From IMG/VR virus record IMGVR_UViG_3300045747_000505: a stretch of 64,000 nucleotides of DNA. One strand, 5' to 3'. Shown in pieces: positions 47,566-55,851 of the stretch; positions within the stretch are counted from its first letter, which is position 1; each line of letters opens with the position of its first letter. Origin of the DNA: a virus (Duplodnaviria > Caudoviricetes). Made by a program: the position numbers and the translations under genes. The notes under the pieces were generated by a model, which made no database searches, was not told where the DNA came from, and saw only the letters and a program-made list of their open reading frames with translations.

Positions 47566-49044
47566 TGGACCTCTACAAGTTTCACGACAAGCCGGAGACG
47601 CTTGACCATCACGACAAGGCTCAAGAGGTTGTGACCGAGCTTGTCTGGGACAAGTACAAGAATCAACCTCAAGAGCTTAAGAAGCGCGAGCACATTATTG
47701 CGAAAGATGCAGACACCGCCCTTCACTATGCCCTTCACATTCTCAAGGGCCCCTTCAAGGAAGCCGAGCCAGTCATCGCAAAGGTGCCGAAGATCGCCCT
47801 TCAGTACGCCATTCACATTCTCAAGGGTCCCTTCAAGGAAGCCGAACCAGCCATCGCAAAGAATTCACACGCCGCTTTCGGATACGCCGTACACGTTCTA
47901 CATGGCCCATTCAAAGCCGGTGAAACCGCCATTGCTTCGAGCTCATACTGCTCGTTCAGGTACGCCGCGGACGTGCTAAAGAGCCGATTCAAACCTGGCG
48001 AAGAAGCCATCAAGAAGACGCATGAATGGGGCGTCTACAAACATCTCTTCTCAATGAAGGACGACGAGTGAACCTCTACAAGCTTCACGACAGTCCGAAA
48101 GCGTTGTCGCATCATGACATCGCACACCTCCACGTGCCGATCGTGCTGAAGGACAAGATTCTTCATGACCTCAAGATGGGTCATCGCTCGCGCTACACCG
48201 CCTACACCGACGCTGAGCTGAAGCTTCTGGTCAAGGACCCAGCGACGGCCTACTGGCTGGCGAATCTGGACTCGATGAATACCGTGTCGCTCATTCCAAA
48301 GAGCATGGTGCCGGCGCTTGAGCGCACCATTGCCGCGCACTCAGACTACGCGTACTACTACGCTGAGAATCTGCACGGCGTTCCATGGCCGAAGATCACC
48401 GATGACAAGGCGACCGTCGAGCTGGCCGAGAAGAACATAGCCTCCAACGCCAACACGGCGTTCTACTACTCCACCGCAGTGCTCAAGGCGCCGTGGCCGC
48501 CAGGCGAGAAGGCCATCATGGCCTCTGGGCATGCTGAGGACTACGAGCTGTTCCTGGCTGGCGAGACCGATCACCTCTGGACGGCAGACTCATGAACCTC
48601 TACAAACTTCACAAAGACCCAAAGTCGCTTGACCATCACGACAAGGCGCACGAGGCTGTGCCGTCAATCGTGCGCTCGCGGCTGACCACTACGTGGGCTG
48701 ACTATCCGTCGGTCGATGCCTGGGCTGATGAGGTGCGCAAGTACCGTAAGGTCTTCGCTCACACCGCAGAGGATGCCACGTGGTTTGCTAGCGTGATGCA
48801 AGAACCATTTCCAGAAGCAGAGACGGTCATAGCCACCAGCGCCGGCAATTCGTATGAGTACGCTCGACAAGTGCTTAAGGGACCCTTCAAGGCCGGTGAG
48901 CCAGCCATCGCAAAGGTGCCGGTGGTCGCCTTTGAGTACGCCACCAATGTTCTCAAGGGTCCCTTCAAGGCTGGTGAGAAGGGGATGCAGGATGATTGGA
49001 AGCTTTGGACCAAGTACTTAAAGTTTCTGGACACCCTTAAATAG
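47565..49044 (+). CDS. Three tandem paralogous helical-repeat proteins (47565-48071, 48068-48595, 48592-49044)
   Basis: Shared MxLYKxHxxPxxLxHHD start and YA..(V/I)LKGPFK.(A/G)E repeats. Confidence 0.8.
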
Positions 49045-49071
49045 ACCTCGAACCTGGAGTATAATAGCACC

Positions 49072-49284
49072 ATGAACAAACTAGCTCAACTTGGCAAAGC
49101 CCTGCTTGCCGAAAGTGGAAAACCCTACAACGCCTTCAACGGGTTTCTGGGTCCGTTCCGCGTCGACCACGCCTACGTCAATGACGCCCGTGGCAACACC
49201 GTCGTCAACTGTGAGGGCAATCAGGCGACCGCCAAGGTCATCTGCGCTCTGCTCAACAAGACCTACCCGCCGAAGGCAAAGTGA
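49072..49284 (+). CDS. Hypothetical protein
   Basis: TATAAT upstream. Confidence 0.6.
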   Translation: MNKLAQLGKALLAESGKPYNAFNGFLGPFRVDHAYVNDARGNTVVNCEGNQATAKVICALLNKTYPPKAK

Positions 49285-49745
49285 AGGTCGCTGAGCTGTT
49301 CGAAGCCGTTGGCAAGGCTGGCAAAGCCGGCTTCATGCCGTACGTGCTCGAGGGCGACGTGCCGATCTATCTGTTCATGGTCTCCTCAGCGTCGCAGTAC
49401 GGTGGCGCTGACCCACAGATCTCGAAGGGCCACATCGACGCCGGTGAGGACGCCAAGACCGCCGGAGTTCGTGAGGCAGAGGAGGAGCTCGGACTGCGCA
49501 AGTCTAACCTCATCTCCACCATCGAGGGTTGGAGCGGCACGCAGACCGGGCTCGACGCAACCTACAAGATGACCATCTTCGCCGGTCAAGTGAAGTCCAA
49601 GTCTGCCTTCGACAAGCCGCACTACGAGACGAAGGAGACCGTTTGGCTCTCCGCCGCGGACTTCGCCACGAAGGGTCGCAAGGCGCAGAACTCCATCGTC
49701 GCAGCCGTTGACAAGTCAGTTCGAGCTTCGTTACAATCAACCTAG
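49281..49745 (+). CDS. Nudix hydrolase
   Basis: GHIDAGEDAKTAGVREAEEELG Nudix box. Confidence 0.92.
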   Translation: MKVAELFEAVGKAGKAGFMPYVLEGDVPIYLFMVSSASQYGGADPQISKGHIDAGEDAKTAGVREAEEELGLRKSNLISTIEGWSGTQTGLDATYKMTIFAGQVKSKSAFDKPHYETKETVWLSAADFATKGRKAQNSIVAAVDKSVRASLQST

Positions 49746-50019
49746 GACTGTTACACTTAAAAGTGTGCAGACCGCCAAAACCGTGTTATAGTACATCTAT
49801 CGACACGAACACAGCAATGTGTTCAGGTTGAGACGAGAACGGTCTCCGCCGAACCTGAAAATTGTCTTGTACGAAGCTCAGGAACGTGTTATAGTTCAAC
49901 TCTGGTGATGCGACAAGTGCGCTGATCGCTGATCCTTGAAACAACCTTCCGCGAAATCTTCGGAAATCGCTAAATAGAAACATCGCCGCAAGGCACTGGA
50001 ACCAACTTAGGAAACCATC

Positions 50020-50154
50020 GTGAACTTCACTCGCAACACTTTCAAAACAACGGAGATGCATTGGCAGCAACGCCAACACGTCACCGTGCGCTTTGAGATT
50101 AAGCGAGACGAGAATGATACGACCCTCCCAGGTCAGGAGAAGCTAGCAGCGTAA
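50020..50154 (+). CDS. Candidate 44-aa leader peptide of tRNA cluster 2
   Basis: AGGA RBS, GTG start, ends EKLAA-stop; overlapping alternative hairpins. Confidence 0.35.
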   Translation: MNFTRNTFKTTEMHWQQRQHVTVRFEIKRDENDTTLPGQEKLAA

Positions 50155-50354
50155 GCAGCAAGCCTTCACCAAACTCCAAGACCTGGGACCTTAGCGCAAG
50201 CAAGGTCCCAGGTTCGTCTTAGAAAGAACCTCGCGTCAGGATTCGCGAGCAACAAATAACGCCAGACCGCTGTGATACTAGCCGGAGAACCTACGTGAGG
50301 CTAGAGGAGTGCGAGATAGGATGAATATGGCTTGATCCGGACTTCGGTCCGGAT

Positions 50355-50448
50355 CTATTTCAAACACGCTGACCGAATCGCAATCGAAGGTTATCCTTTC
50401 ACGATCTCCCCTTCAACCGCACTTAACTTGTCGGCATGTTTGAAATAG
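50355..50448 (+). ncRNA. Repeated structured RNA motif, copy E
   Basis: Long closing stem; GAAGG-TTATC...GA...CCTTC. Confidence 0.5.
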
Positions 50449-50455
50449 ATTCAAT

Positions 50456-50532
50456 TGGTCGTTAGCTCAATCAGGCAGAGCACTCGCCTCCAAAGCGATA
50501 GGTTGTGGGTTCGATTCCTACACGGCCAGCCA
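50456..50532 (+). tRNA. trnW: tRNA-Trp (CCA)
   Basis: Loop CTCCAAA, G73, C27:U43 mismatch. Confidence 0.92.
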
Positions 50533-50541
50533 AATTTGAAT

Positions 50542-50616
50542 GCCTTCATAGCTCAGTGGTAGAGCACCGTCTTGATAAGGCGTAGGTCCTTGGTTCGATC
50601 CCAAGTGAAGGCACCA
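50542..50616 (+). tRNA. trnI: tRNA-Ile (GAT)
   Basis: Loop TTGATAA, CCA. Confidence 0.92.
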
Positions 50617-50627
50617 AGTTATTCAAT

Positions 50628-50702
50628 GCCGAGTTGGACTTTTGGTGAGGTCCTCTGCCCTTCAAGCAGAAGAGACGGGTTCGATTCCCGTACTCGGTAC
50701 CA
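50628..50702 (+). tRNA. trnE: tRNA-Glu (TTC)
   Basis: TCTGC-CCTTCAA-GCAGA arm, CCA. Confidence 0.9.
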
Positions 50703-50712
50703 ACAATTCTGT

Positions 50713-50786
50713 TGGGGTCTGGTGTTCTGGTGAACACAGTCGGCTTTGACCCGACCGAGGTGGGTTCGATCCCCACGTCCCCTGCA
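50713..50786 (+). tRNA. trnQ: tRNA-Gln (TTG), imperfect acceptor, no CCA
   Basis: GTCGG-CTTTGAC-CCGAC arm. Confidence 0.75.
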
Positions 50787-50835
50787 TCCCGCATCGCAGT
50801 TCAGCACACATCTTTTTGTGTTACAATGAACTGCG

Positions 50836-51471
50836 ATGCAAAAGCCACCTAAGACTTACCACTACCTTTATCGAACAACCTGTCTTGTGACAGGCAAGTT
50901 CTATGTTGGTATGCACTCAACAGACGACCTCAACGACGGTTATCTTGGGAGCGGAAAGATTTTAGGTCGCTCTCGCAAAAAGCATGGTGACGAAAAACAT
51001 GTGAAAGAAATTCTTGAACACTGTGCCTCTCGTGAAGCGCTGAAACTTCGTGAGAAGGAAATAGTCTCAGCAGAGATGCTCGCCAACCCGTTGAACATCA
51101 ATTTGAAGATTGGCGGCGAAGGCGGTTGGGATCATATACCGCAGGAGGTAGTTCTATCGAACCTCTCAAAAAGAAATGTTGGTTGGGCGACCTACAACAG
51201 ATCAGAAAAGGGAAGGCTCAAAGCCTCTGAAAACATTCGCAAGATAAATGTTGTTGGTCGAAAGTCTTCTTATGGTTTTCGTGGCAAACAACATACCGAT
51301 GAAACTAAACAAATTCAAAGCCAGCACCATCAAGGTGCTGGCAACTCTCAATACGGAACTTGTTGGGTAACCAAAGACAACAAGTCATCCAAAATCAAAA
51401 AGACTGACCTTGACGAATACCTCGCTAATGGTTTCTCGAAAGGCAGAGTAATTTCTAAAATGGTGATGTAG
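50836..51471 (+). CDS. GIY-YIG homing endonuclease (SegB-like)
   Basis: YLYRTTCLVTGKFYVGMHST...YLGSG; paralog of 3146. Confidence 0.9.
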   Translation: MQKPPKTYHYLYRTTCLVTGKFYVGMHSTDDLNDGYLGSGKILGRSRKKHGDEKHVKEILEHCASREALKLREKEIVSAEMLANPLNINLKIGGEGGWDHIPQEVVLSNLSKRNVGWATYNRSEKGRLKASENIRKINVVGRKSSYGFRGKQHTDETKQIQSQHHQGAGNSQYGTCWVTKDNKSSKIKKTDLDEYLANGFSKGRVISKMVM

Positions 51472-51587
51472 TGTAGTGGCAGCACAGAAAACATCGTTCG
51501 CGCTTTTTGTTGCGCAAGTAACCGCTTGTGAATGGTTATCTTTATCATCCAAAGCTAGGGTTGGTTCGAATCCAGCCATCACCACCA
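51462..51587 (+). ncRNA. tRNA-like RNA whose anticodon arm is replaced by the permuted motif (copy D)
   Basis: GGTGATG/CATCACC acceptor, A73, CCA, D and T arms; 31/34 nt identical to the 2968 insertion. Confidence 0.65.
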
Positions 51588-51595
51588 AAATCAAT

Positions 51596-51671
51596 TCCGT
51601 CTTAGTATTCTCGGCGAGTACCTCCGGCTGTTAACCGGATGAGTCTGGTTCGAATCCAGAAGACGGAGCCA
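51596..51671 (+). tRNA. trnN: tRNA-Asn (GTT)
   Basis: Loop CTGTTAA, G73, CCA. Confidence 0.9.
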
Positions 51672-51679
51672 AGATCTGA

Positions 51680-51752
51680 TGGGGAGCGTCAAGGTTTGAC
51701 CGACTCGGCTCTGACCCGAGTTGCTTAGGTTCGAGTCCTAACTCCCTTGCCA
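51680..51752 (+). tRNA. trnQ: tRNA-Gln (CTG)
   Basis: CTCGG-CTCTGAC-CCGAG arm, CCA. Confidence 0.85.
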
Positions 51753-51760
51753 AATTCTAT

Positions 51761-51836
51761 GCGTCGTTATCCGATGTGGTCATGGAAGCTCCCTGAAGAG
51801 GAGATAAACCGGGTTCGATTCCTGGACGACGCACCA
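51761..51836 (+). tRNA. trnF: tRNA-Phe (GAA)
   Basis: Loop CTGAAGA, CCA. Confidence 0.88.
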
Positions 51837-51844
51837 ATTATAAT

Positions 51845-51919
51845 ACTCGCTTGGTTCAGTGGTGGAACGCTTCCTTGACATGGAAGAGGTCGCAGGTCCG
51901 ATTCCTGCAGCGAGTACCA
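51845..51919 (+). tRNA. trnV: tRNA-Val (GAC)
   Basis: Loop TTGACAT, CCA. Confidence 0.92.
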
Positions 51920-51927
51920 AATTACAT

Positions 51928-52002
51928 GGGGTGCAAACTTTGACGGTGAAGCTCTGGCTCTTAACCAGATGGAAGACAGTTCGAATCTGTCGCGCCCCAC
52001 CA
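51928..52002 (+). tRNA. trnK: tRNA-Lys (CTT), atypical D-arm
   Basis: TCTGG-CTCTTAA-CCAGA arm, CCA. Confidence 0.82.
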
Positions 52003-52010
52003 AACACAAT

Positions 52011-52080
52011 ACCCGGTCCAATGGATTGGCTGCGGTCCTACGAAGGCTGCGTGATCGGTTCGACTCCGATACTGGGTTCA
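52011..52080 (+). tRNA. trnR: tRNA-Arg (ACG), compact D-arm
   Basis: Loop CTACGAA; CCAA-TGGA-TTGG mini D-arm. Confidence 0.7.
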
Positions 52081-52087
52081 TGATAAT

Positions 52088-52162
52088 GGGTTCGTAGCTC
52101 AGAGGCAGAGCAGGCGGCTCTTAACCGTCAGGCCGAGATTTCGAAATTCTCCGGACCCACCA
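52088..52162 (+). tRNA. trnK: tRNA-Lys (CTT)
   Basis: Loop CTCTTAA, CCA. Confidence 0.92.
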
Positions 52163-52168
52163 AGATAC

Positions 52169-52232
52169 AGACAACCGTACGACTCAGCGTTATCCTGTTA
52201 AGATTCCCCGCTTTGTCACTCCTTTGTTGTCT
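52169..52232 (+). ncRNA. Repeated structured RNA motif, copy F
   Basis: AGACAAC/GTTGTCT, AGCG-TTATC...GA...CGCT, CCTTT bulge. Confidence 0.55.
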
Positions 52233-52236
52233 CAAT

Positions 52237-52312
52237 ATCCCGTTCGTCTAGCGGCCAAGGACACTGCCCCCTCAAGGCGGGAACTCCGGTTCAAATCCGG
52301 AACGGGATTCCA
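52237..52312 (+). tRNA. trnE: tRNA-Glu (CTC)
   Basis: Loop CCCTCAA, CCA. Confidence 0.88.
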
Positions 52313-52320
52313 AATACAAT

Positions 52321-52395
52321 ACCGAGTTGGACTTTTGGTGAGGTCCTCTGCCCTTCAAGCAGAAGAGACGGGTTCGATTCCCGTACTCGGTACCA
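52321..52395 (+). tRNA. trnE: tRNA-Glu (TTC), duplicate of 50628
   Basis: 74/75 nt identical to 50628-50702. Confidence 0.9.
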
Positions 52396-52402
52396 GCATA
52401 AT

Positions 52403-52477
52403 GGATCGGTAGCCTAACGGTCAGGCACCTCTCTGTCTAAGAGGTTCAAGCGGGTTCGACTCCCGTCCGGTCCGCCA
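52403..52477 (+). tRNA. trnD: tRNA-Asp (GTC)
   Basis: CCTCT-CTGTCTA-AGAGG arm, G73, CCA. Confidence 0.93.
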
Positions 52478-52483
52478 GCATGT

Positions 52484-52559
52484 AGGCTTTAGAGTGATTG
52501 GAAATCCTATCCCTTTCATGAGGGGATGTTGCGAGGTTTGAATCCTCGATAGCCCGCCA
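52484..52559 (+). tRNA. Atypical tRNA (CAT), 1:72 mismatch
   Basis: TCCCT-TTCATGA-GGGGA arm, CCA. Confidence 0.65.
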
Positions 52560-52569
52560 GATATTCAAT

Positions 52570-52643
52570 GGTGGTTCTAGTGTAGTGGCAGCAAGACGGT
52601 CTGTGAAACCGTAAGGCAGGGTTCGATTCCCGGTCCCACCCCA
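52570..52643 (+). tRNA. trnH: tRNA-His (GTG)
   Basis: G-1:C73, loop CTGTGAA, CCA. Confidence 0.9.
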
Positions 52644-52664
52644 CCTGATTCAGATAAATAGAAG

Positions 52665-53309
52665 ATGAACAAACATCATCTAGTTTATCGCACGACGAAC
52701 CTTCTGAACGGAAGGTATTACATCGGCATCCATTCAACGTCGAACATCGACGATGGGTATCTTGGTAGCGGTCGTAGGATCAAGGCGGAAATCAAGAAGT
52801 ACGGTCAAGAGAATTTCAAGCGTGAGATCCTTGAGTCATACCCAACAAGGCAAGAAGTCTTGAAACGCGAAGCCGAATTGGTCACTGAAGAACTTCGTCA
52901 AGATTCGCTCTGTCTGAATCTTAAGAATGGCGGCGAAGGCGGTTGGGAACATCTGAATGACAACTCTGAGGTCCAACGCGCAAAAGGACGTAAAGGAAAT
53001 GCCAGCATCAAGATCTTGGCAAATGATCCTATTTGGGCCGCATCAAGAAGCGCAGCAATCAGCAATGGTCTTCGCGGAAAGTCTGCTGGGTGGAGTGAAC
53101 AAGCAACAATGGCTTCGCACACCGATGAAGTAAATCAAAAGCGAAGTCGCACAATGAAAGACTTGGCAAGGCAATCAGGCCAAGCAAATTCCCAGTTCGG
53201 AACCTGTTGGGTGACCAACGGGTTTCCAATAAAGATCAAGAAACAAGATCTCGATTCGTATCTGACAAATGGATATGTTCGAGGAAGAACAAAACAATGG
53301 TGCACGTAG
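52665..53309 (+). CDS. GIY-YIG homing endonuclease (SegB-like)
   Basis: LVYRTTNLLNGRYYIGIHST...YLGSG; late promoter. Confidence 0.9.
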   Translation: MNKHHLVYRTTNLLNGRYYIGIHSTSNIDDGYLGSGRRIKAEIKKYGQENFKREILESYPTRQEVLKREAELVTEELRQDSLCLNLKNGGEGGWEHLNDNSEVQRAKGRKGNASIKILANDPIWAASRSAAISNGLRGKSAGWSEQATMASHTDEVNQKRSRTMKDLARQSGQANSQFGTCWVTNGFPIKIKKQDLDSYLTNGYVRGRTKQWCT

Positions 53310-53375
53310 ATCAATTGGTAGATCCCGGGATTGTGATTCCCGTCGTTGTGGGTTCGAGTCCCATCGTGCACCCCA
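53299..53375 (+). tRNA. trnH: tRNA-His (GTG)
   Basis: G-1:C73, loop TTGTGAT, CCA. Confidence 0.93.
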
Positions 53376-53385
53376 GTATTTCAAT

Positions 53386-53459
53386 GCCCTCGTAGCACAT
53401 TGGTCGTGCGCACCTTTGGTATGGGTGAGAACAGAGTTCGATTCTCTGCTTGGGCACCA
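53386..53459 (+). tRNA. trnT: tRNA-Thr (GGT)
   Basis: Loop TTGGTAT, CCA. Confidence 0.9.
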
Positions 53460-53467
53460 ACTATAAC

Positions 53468-53543
53468 GCCCGCGAAGTATTACCTGGTGGTACGCGTCTT
53501 TCGTACGGATGAGGACTCAGTTCGAGGCTGAGCGTGGGCTCCA
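53468..53543 (+). tRNA. trnT: tRNA-Thr (CGT)
   Basis: Loop TTCGTAC, CCA. Confidence 0.8.
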
Positions 53544-53550
53544 GTACAAT

Positions 53551-53628
53551 TGTGGTCGAGCAAGCAAGGTGTATGCACCGCACTGTTAATGCGGACAGAG
53601 CCGGGTTCGATTCCTGGGACCACAGCCA
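53551..53628 (+). tRNA. trnN: tRNA-Asn (GTT)
   Basis: CCGCA-CTGTTAA-TGCGG arm, G73, CCA. Confidence 0.88.
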
Positions 53629-53637
53629 GATCAAAGT

Positions 53638-53712
53638 GTCTCCGTAGTTCAACGGAGAGAATAGGACGCTACGAACGTTCAGACGGGGGTTCGATTCCCT
53701 CCGGAGGCACCA
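53638..53712 (+). tRNA. trnR: tRNA-Arg (ACG)
   Basis: Loop CTACGAA, CCA. Confidence 0.92.
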
Positions 53713-53749
53713 CTATAAATAAGTCATCGCAACTCAACCGGATAAGCGT

Positions 53750-53995
53750 ATGACACTCCTTCAAGAACTCCTTGACCTGCCAAACAAAGCGCCAAAGGCC
53801 TTCAAGGCCGGCGACAAGTTTGACATCACCAACAATGGCCTTCACTTCACCATCGAGGTGGTCGCCGCCGACAAGGGTCCGTCTGAACTTCAGATCGAGA
53901 CCGTGCGCGATGGCAAGGCTCGCAAGAGCTACACCGATGCGCTTGAGCTCAGCGCTCGCCTTCGCGACTGCGAGAAGTTCAAGAAGGTCAAGTAA
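53750..53995 (+). CDS. Hypothetical late protein
   Basis: TATAAATA upstream; MTLLQELL start. Confidence 0.65.
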   Translation: MTLLQELLDLPNKAPKAFKAGDKFDITNNGLHFTIEVVAADKGPSELQIETVRDGKARKSYTDALELSARLRDCEKFKKVK

Positions 53996-54003
53996 CAATC
54001 AAT

Positions 54004-54078
54004 GGTGCTGAAGCTGAATGGTTAAGCAGCGGTCTCATAAGCCGTGCGTCGTGGGTTCGATTCCCACCAGCACCACCA
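54004..54078 (+). tRNA. trnM: tRNA-Met (CAT)
   Basis: Loop CTCATAA, CCA. Confidence 0.9.
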
Positions 54079-54199
54079 ATTACAAGAGGTCGATGCCGGC
54101 ACCTACGAGGCCGTTGTCGTACGAGTCTAACAACTTGAAAGGACGCATCATGCGTACAGTGTCATCGACGCTTGATGCGTCTCGAAAACGAACCCCTTT

Positions 54200-54273
54200 G
54201 GGGGCGTAGTTAAGTGGTATAACATGCGGCTTTTACCCGTTCGTCCTGAGTTCGATTCTCAGTGCCCCTACCA
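54200..54273 (+). tRNA. trnK: tRNA-Lys (TTT)
   Basis: Loop CTTTTAC, CCA. Confidence 0.88.
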
Positions 54274-54558
54274 TTATTGAACCAGCCAGTTCATCCTTAT
54301 GTTACCTAGAGGTAACTCTCGCTATGTTACCTAGGTAACATAACCACACTGTGAAATCGACATTCCCCGTATATAGATTATGAACCGCCTTATGTGCAGT
54401 ACTGCACTTAGTGTTCTGTACTGTACAGACTTTCCGCTGTGCTTTGTTCGGGGGCGTATAAATACATTCAACGAGCAGCAAGACTCGTCGAGGTAGCGCA
54501 GACCAAATCAGGCCATTGGCCTTTTAGGCGACGAACCACAAGGTTCGTCGCCCTCTTT

Positions 54559-54630
54559 ACCCCTGCCGAAGGAGCGGTGGCCGGCCTTCTAAGCTGGCAT
54601 ATGTGAGTTCGAGTCTCACCAGGGGTTCCA
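54559..54630 (+). tRNA. trnR: tRNA-Arg (TCT), atypical D-arm
   Basis: ACCCCTG/CAGGGGT acceptor, loop CTTCTAA, CCA. Confidence 0.8.
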
Positions 54631-55044
54631 GATTGATGTAGATCAATTAAACCGCAATGACCGAAACCTTTTCTAGGTTCGGGTCAGTTTATGTGTTTAT
54701 TGACTGGTGTTTCTAAAGTGATTCGTGTAAATACATCTGTCCAGTACAGAACATAACAGTCCCAAAGAGGACTGCAAGAATTGTGGGAACCAACCCATGA
54801 CGGTAACGGCGACGCACACCGCTAGTCTTTGCTCACGCAATGTGAGCCGAGCATTAAGGAGCGGTCAATGCCAACAGCAACCACAAATGAGACGGTACCT
54901 CCGAAGATGATCGACGCAGTCGTCGGTCTTGACGGTCTGCCTCTCAATATTGCGGTGGCCATCGAAGCAACCCGCAACGTTGACAACAACAGCGCCACAG
55001 CCACAATTCAACAGGCTAGTGTCGCAACCAAAGGGGAAACTACT

Positions 55045-55806
55045 ATGGCAGACATCGTTACCGGCACCACCACGGGCCAACTCGACACCACCGCGCTCAT
55101 GCAGGACCACGCCGACATCCGTCGTGAAAATGCACAAAGCGAAGCACAGGTTCGTCGTGACATTCAATCAACCAGCGGCGATTCTCGTCGCGAAGCAGCC
55201 GAGATCGGCGCCGCAAGCGCCTATCAGAACGCTACTCAACACGCCGGCATCGTCGACCAGGTGAAGTCTGCTGGTTGGGCCAACTCGGACCGCACCGGCA
55301 CCGAAGCTGACCGCGTCGTCGGTCAGGGCACCGCCTACTTCATCGCTGAGCAGCAGTACGCTTTCAACAACGCTACCGCCGTAGCTGCGCTGAAGGCCGG
55401 CACTGACATGCAGTTCGCGAACACTCTCAGCGCCATCAATTCCGCAGCCCAAATGGGTCAGGCAGCGACGGCTCTTGAAGGTGCGAAGTCGGCTGCAGCT
55501 GCAGCTCTCGGCCAAGCCCTCATCGGCCAGCAAATCGTTGCTGACGGCAACAACACCCGCGCGCTCATCAACGAGCTCAAGATGGAGCAGCTCAACCGCG
55601 AACTCATCGAGCGCAACGCTGCTCTCGTCGAGGCACGTGGTGACTGCCGCTACTGGCAGGGTGGCTACAACCAGTCGCAGTTCGCCGCTGTGACCTCCCA
55701 GCTTCAGGCCTTTCAGAGCCAGCTCTCTGAGACCCGCCAAGGCATGGTGAACTTCGGTACTCAATCCGGAGTTGGTCAGACCGCGACCACGAACTCCGTT
55801 CGTTAA
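55045..55806 (+). CDS. Ala/Gln-rich helical hypothetical protein
   Basis: AAGGGG RBS, strong codon bias. Confidence 0.75.
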   Translation: MADIVTGTTTGQLDTTALMQDHADIRRENAQSEAQVRRDIQSTSGDSRREAAEIGAASAYQNATQHAGIVDQVKSAGWANSDRTGTEADRVVGQGTAYFIAEQQYAFNNATAVAALKAGTDMQFANTLSAINSAAQMGQAATALEGAKSAAAAALGQALIGQQIVADGNNTRALINELKMEQLNRELIERNAALVEARGDCRYWQGGYNQSQFAAVTSQLQAFQSQLSETRQGMVNFGTQSGVGQTATTNSVR

Positions 55807-55851
55807 TTGGATGAGGGTGGAGCTAGCTCCACCCACCTTCAAGGACGCATC

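Noticed and set aside
50020-50330. tmRNA (peptide ends in LAA)
   Set aside because: No tRNA-like domain with G3:U70 and no CCA acceptor piece. The ORF has its own RBS and start codon.
1164-52232. CRISPR array or REP/IS ends as the identity of the repeated motif
   Set aside because: Copies are dispersed, not regularly spaced, and conserve pairing rather than sequence. No cas or transposase genes are present.
52484-52559. Possible UGA-suppressor or Sec tRNA (TTTCATG read as TCA)
   Set aside because: That register gives only a broken stem. The CAT register gives a 5-bp stem and a 7-nt loop.
54274-54550. Palindrome-rich spacer (TATGTTACCTAG/CTAGGTAACATA, GGCGACGAACC/GGTTCGTCGCC) as a replication origin
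   Set aside because: No iterons or adjacent replication genes. It may be regulatory, but the sequence alone cannot support a call.
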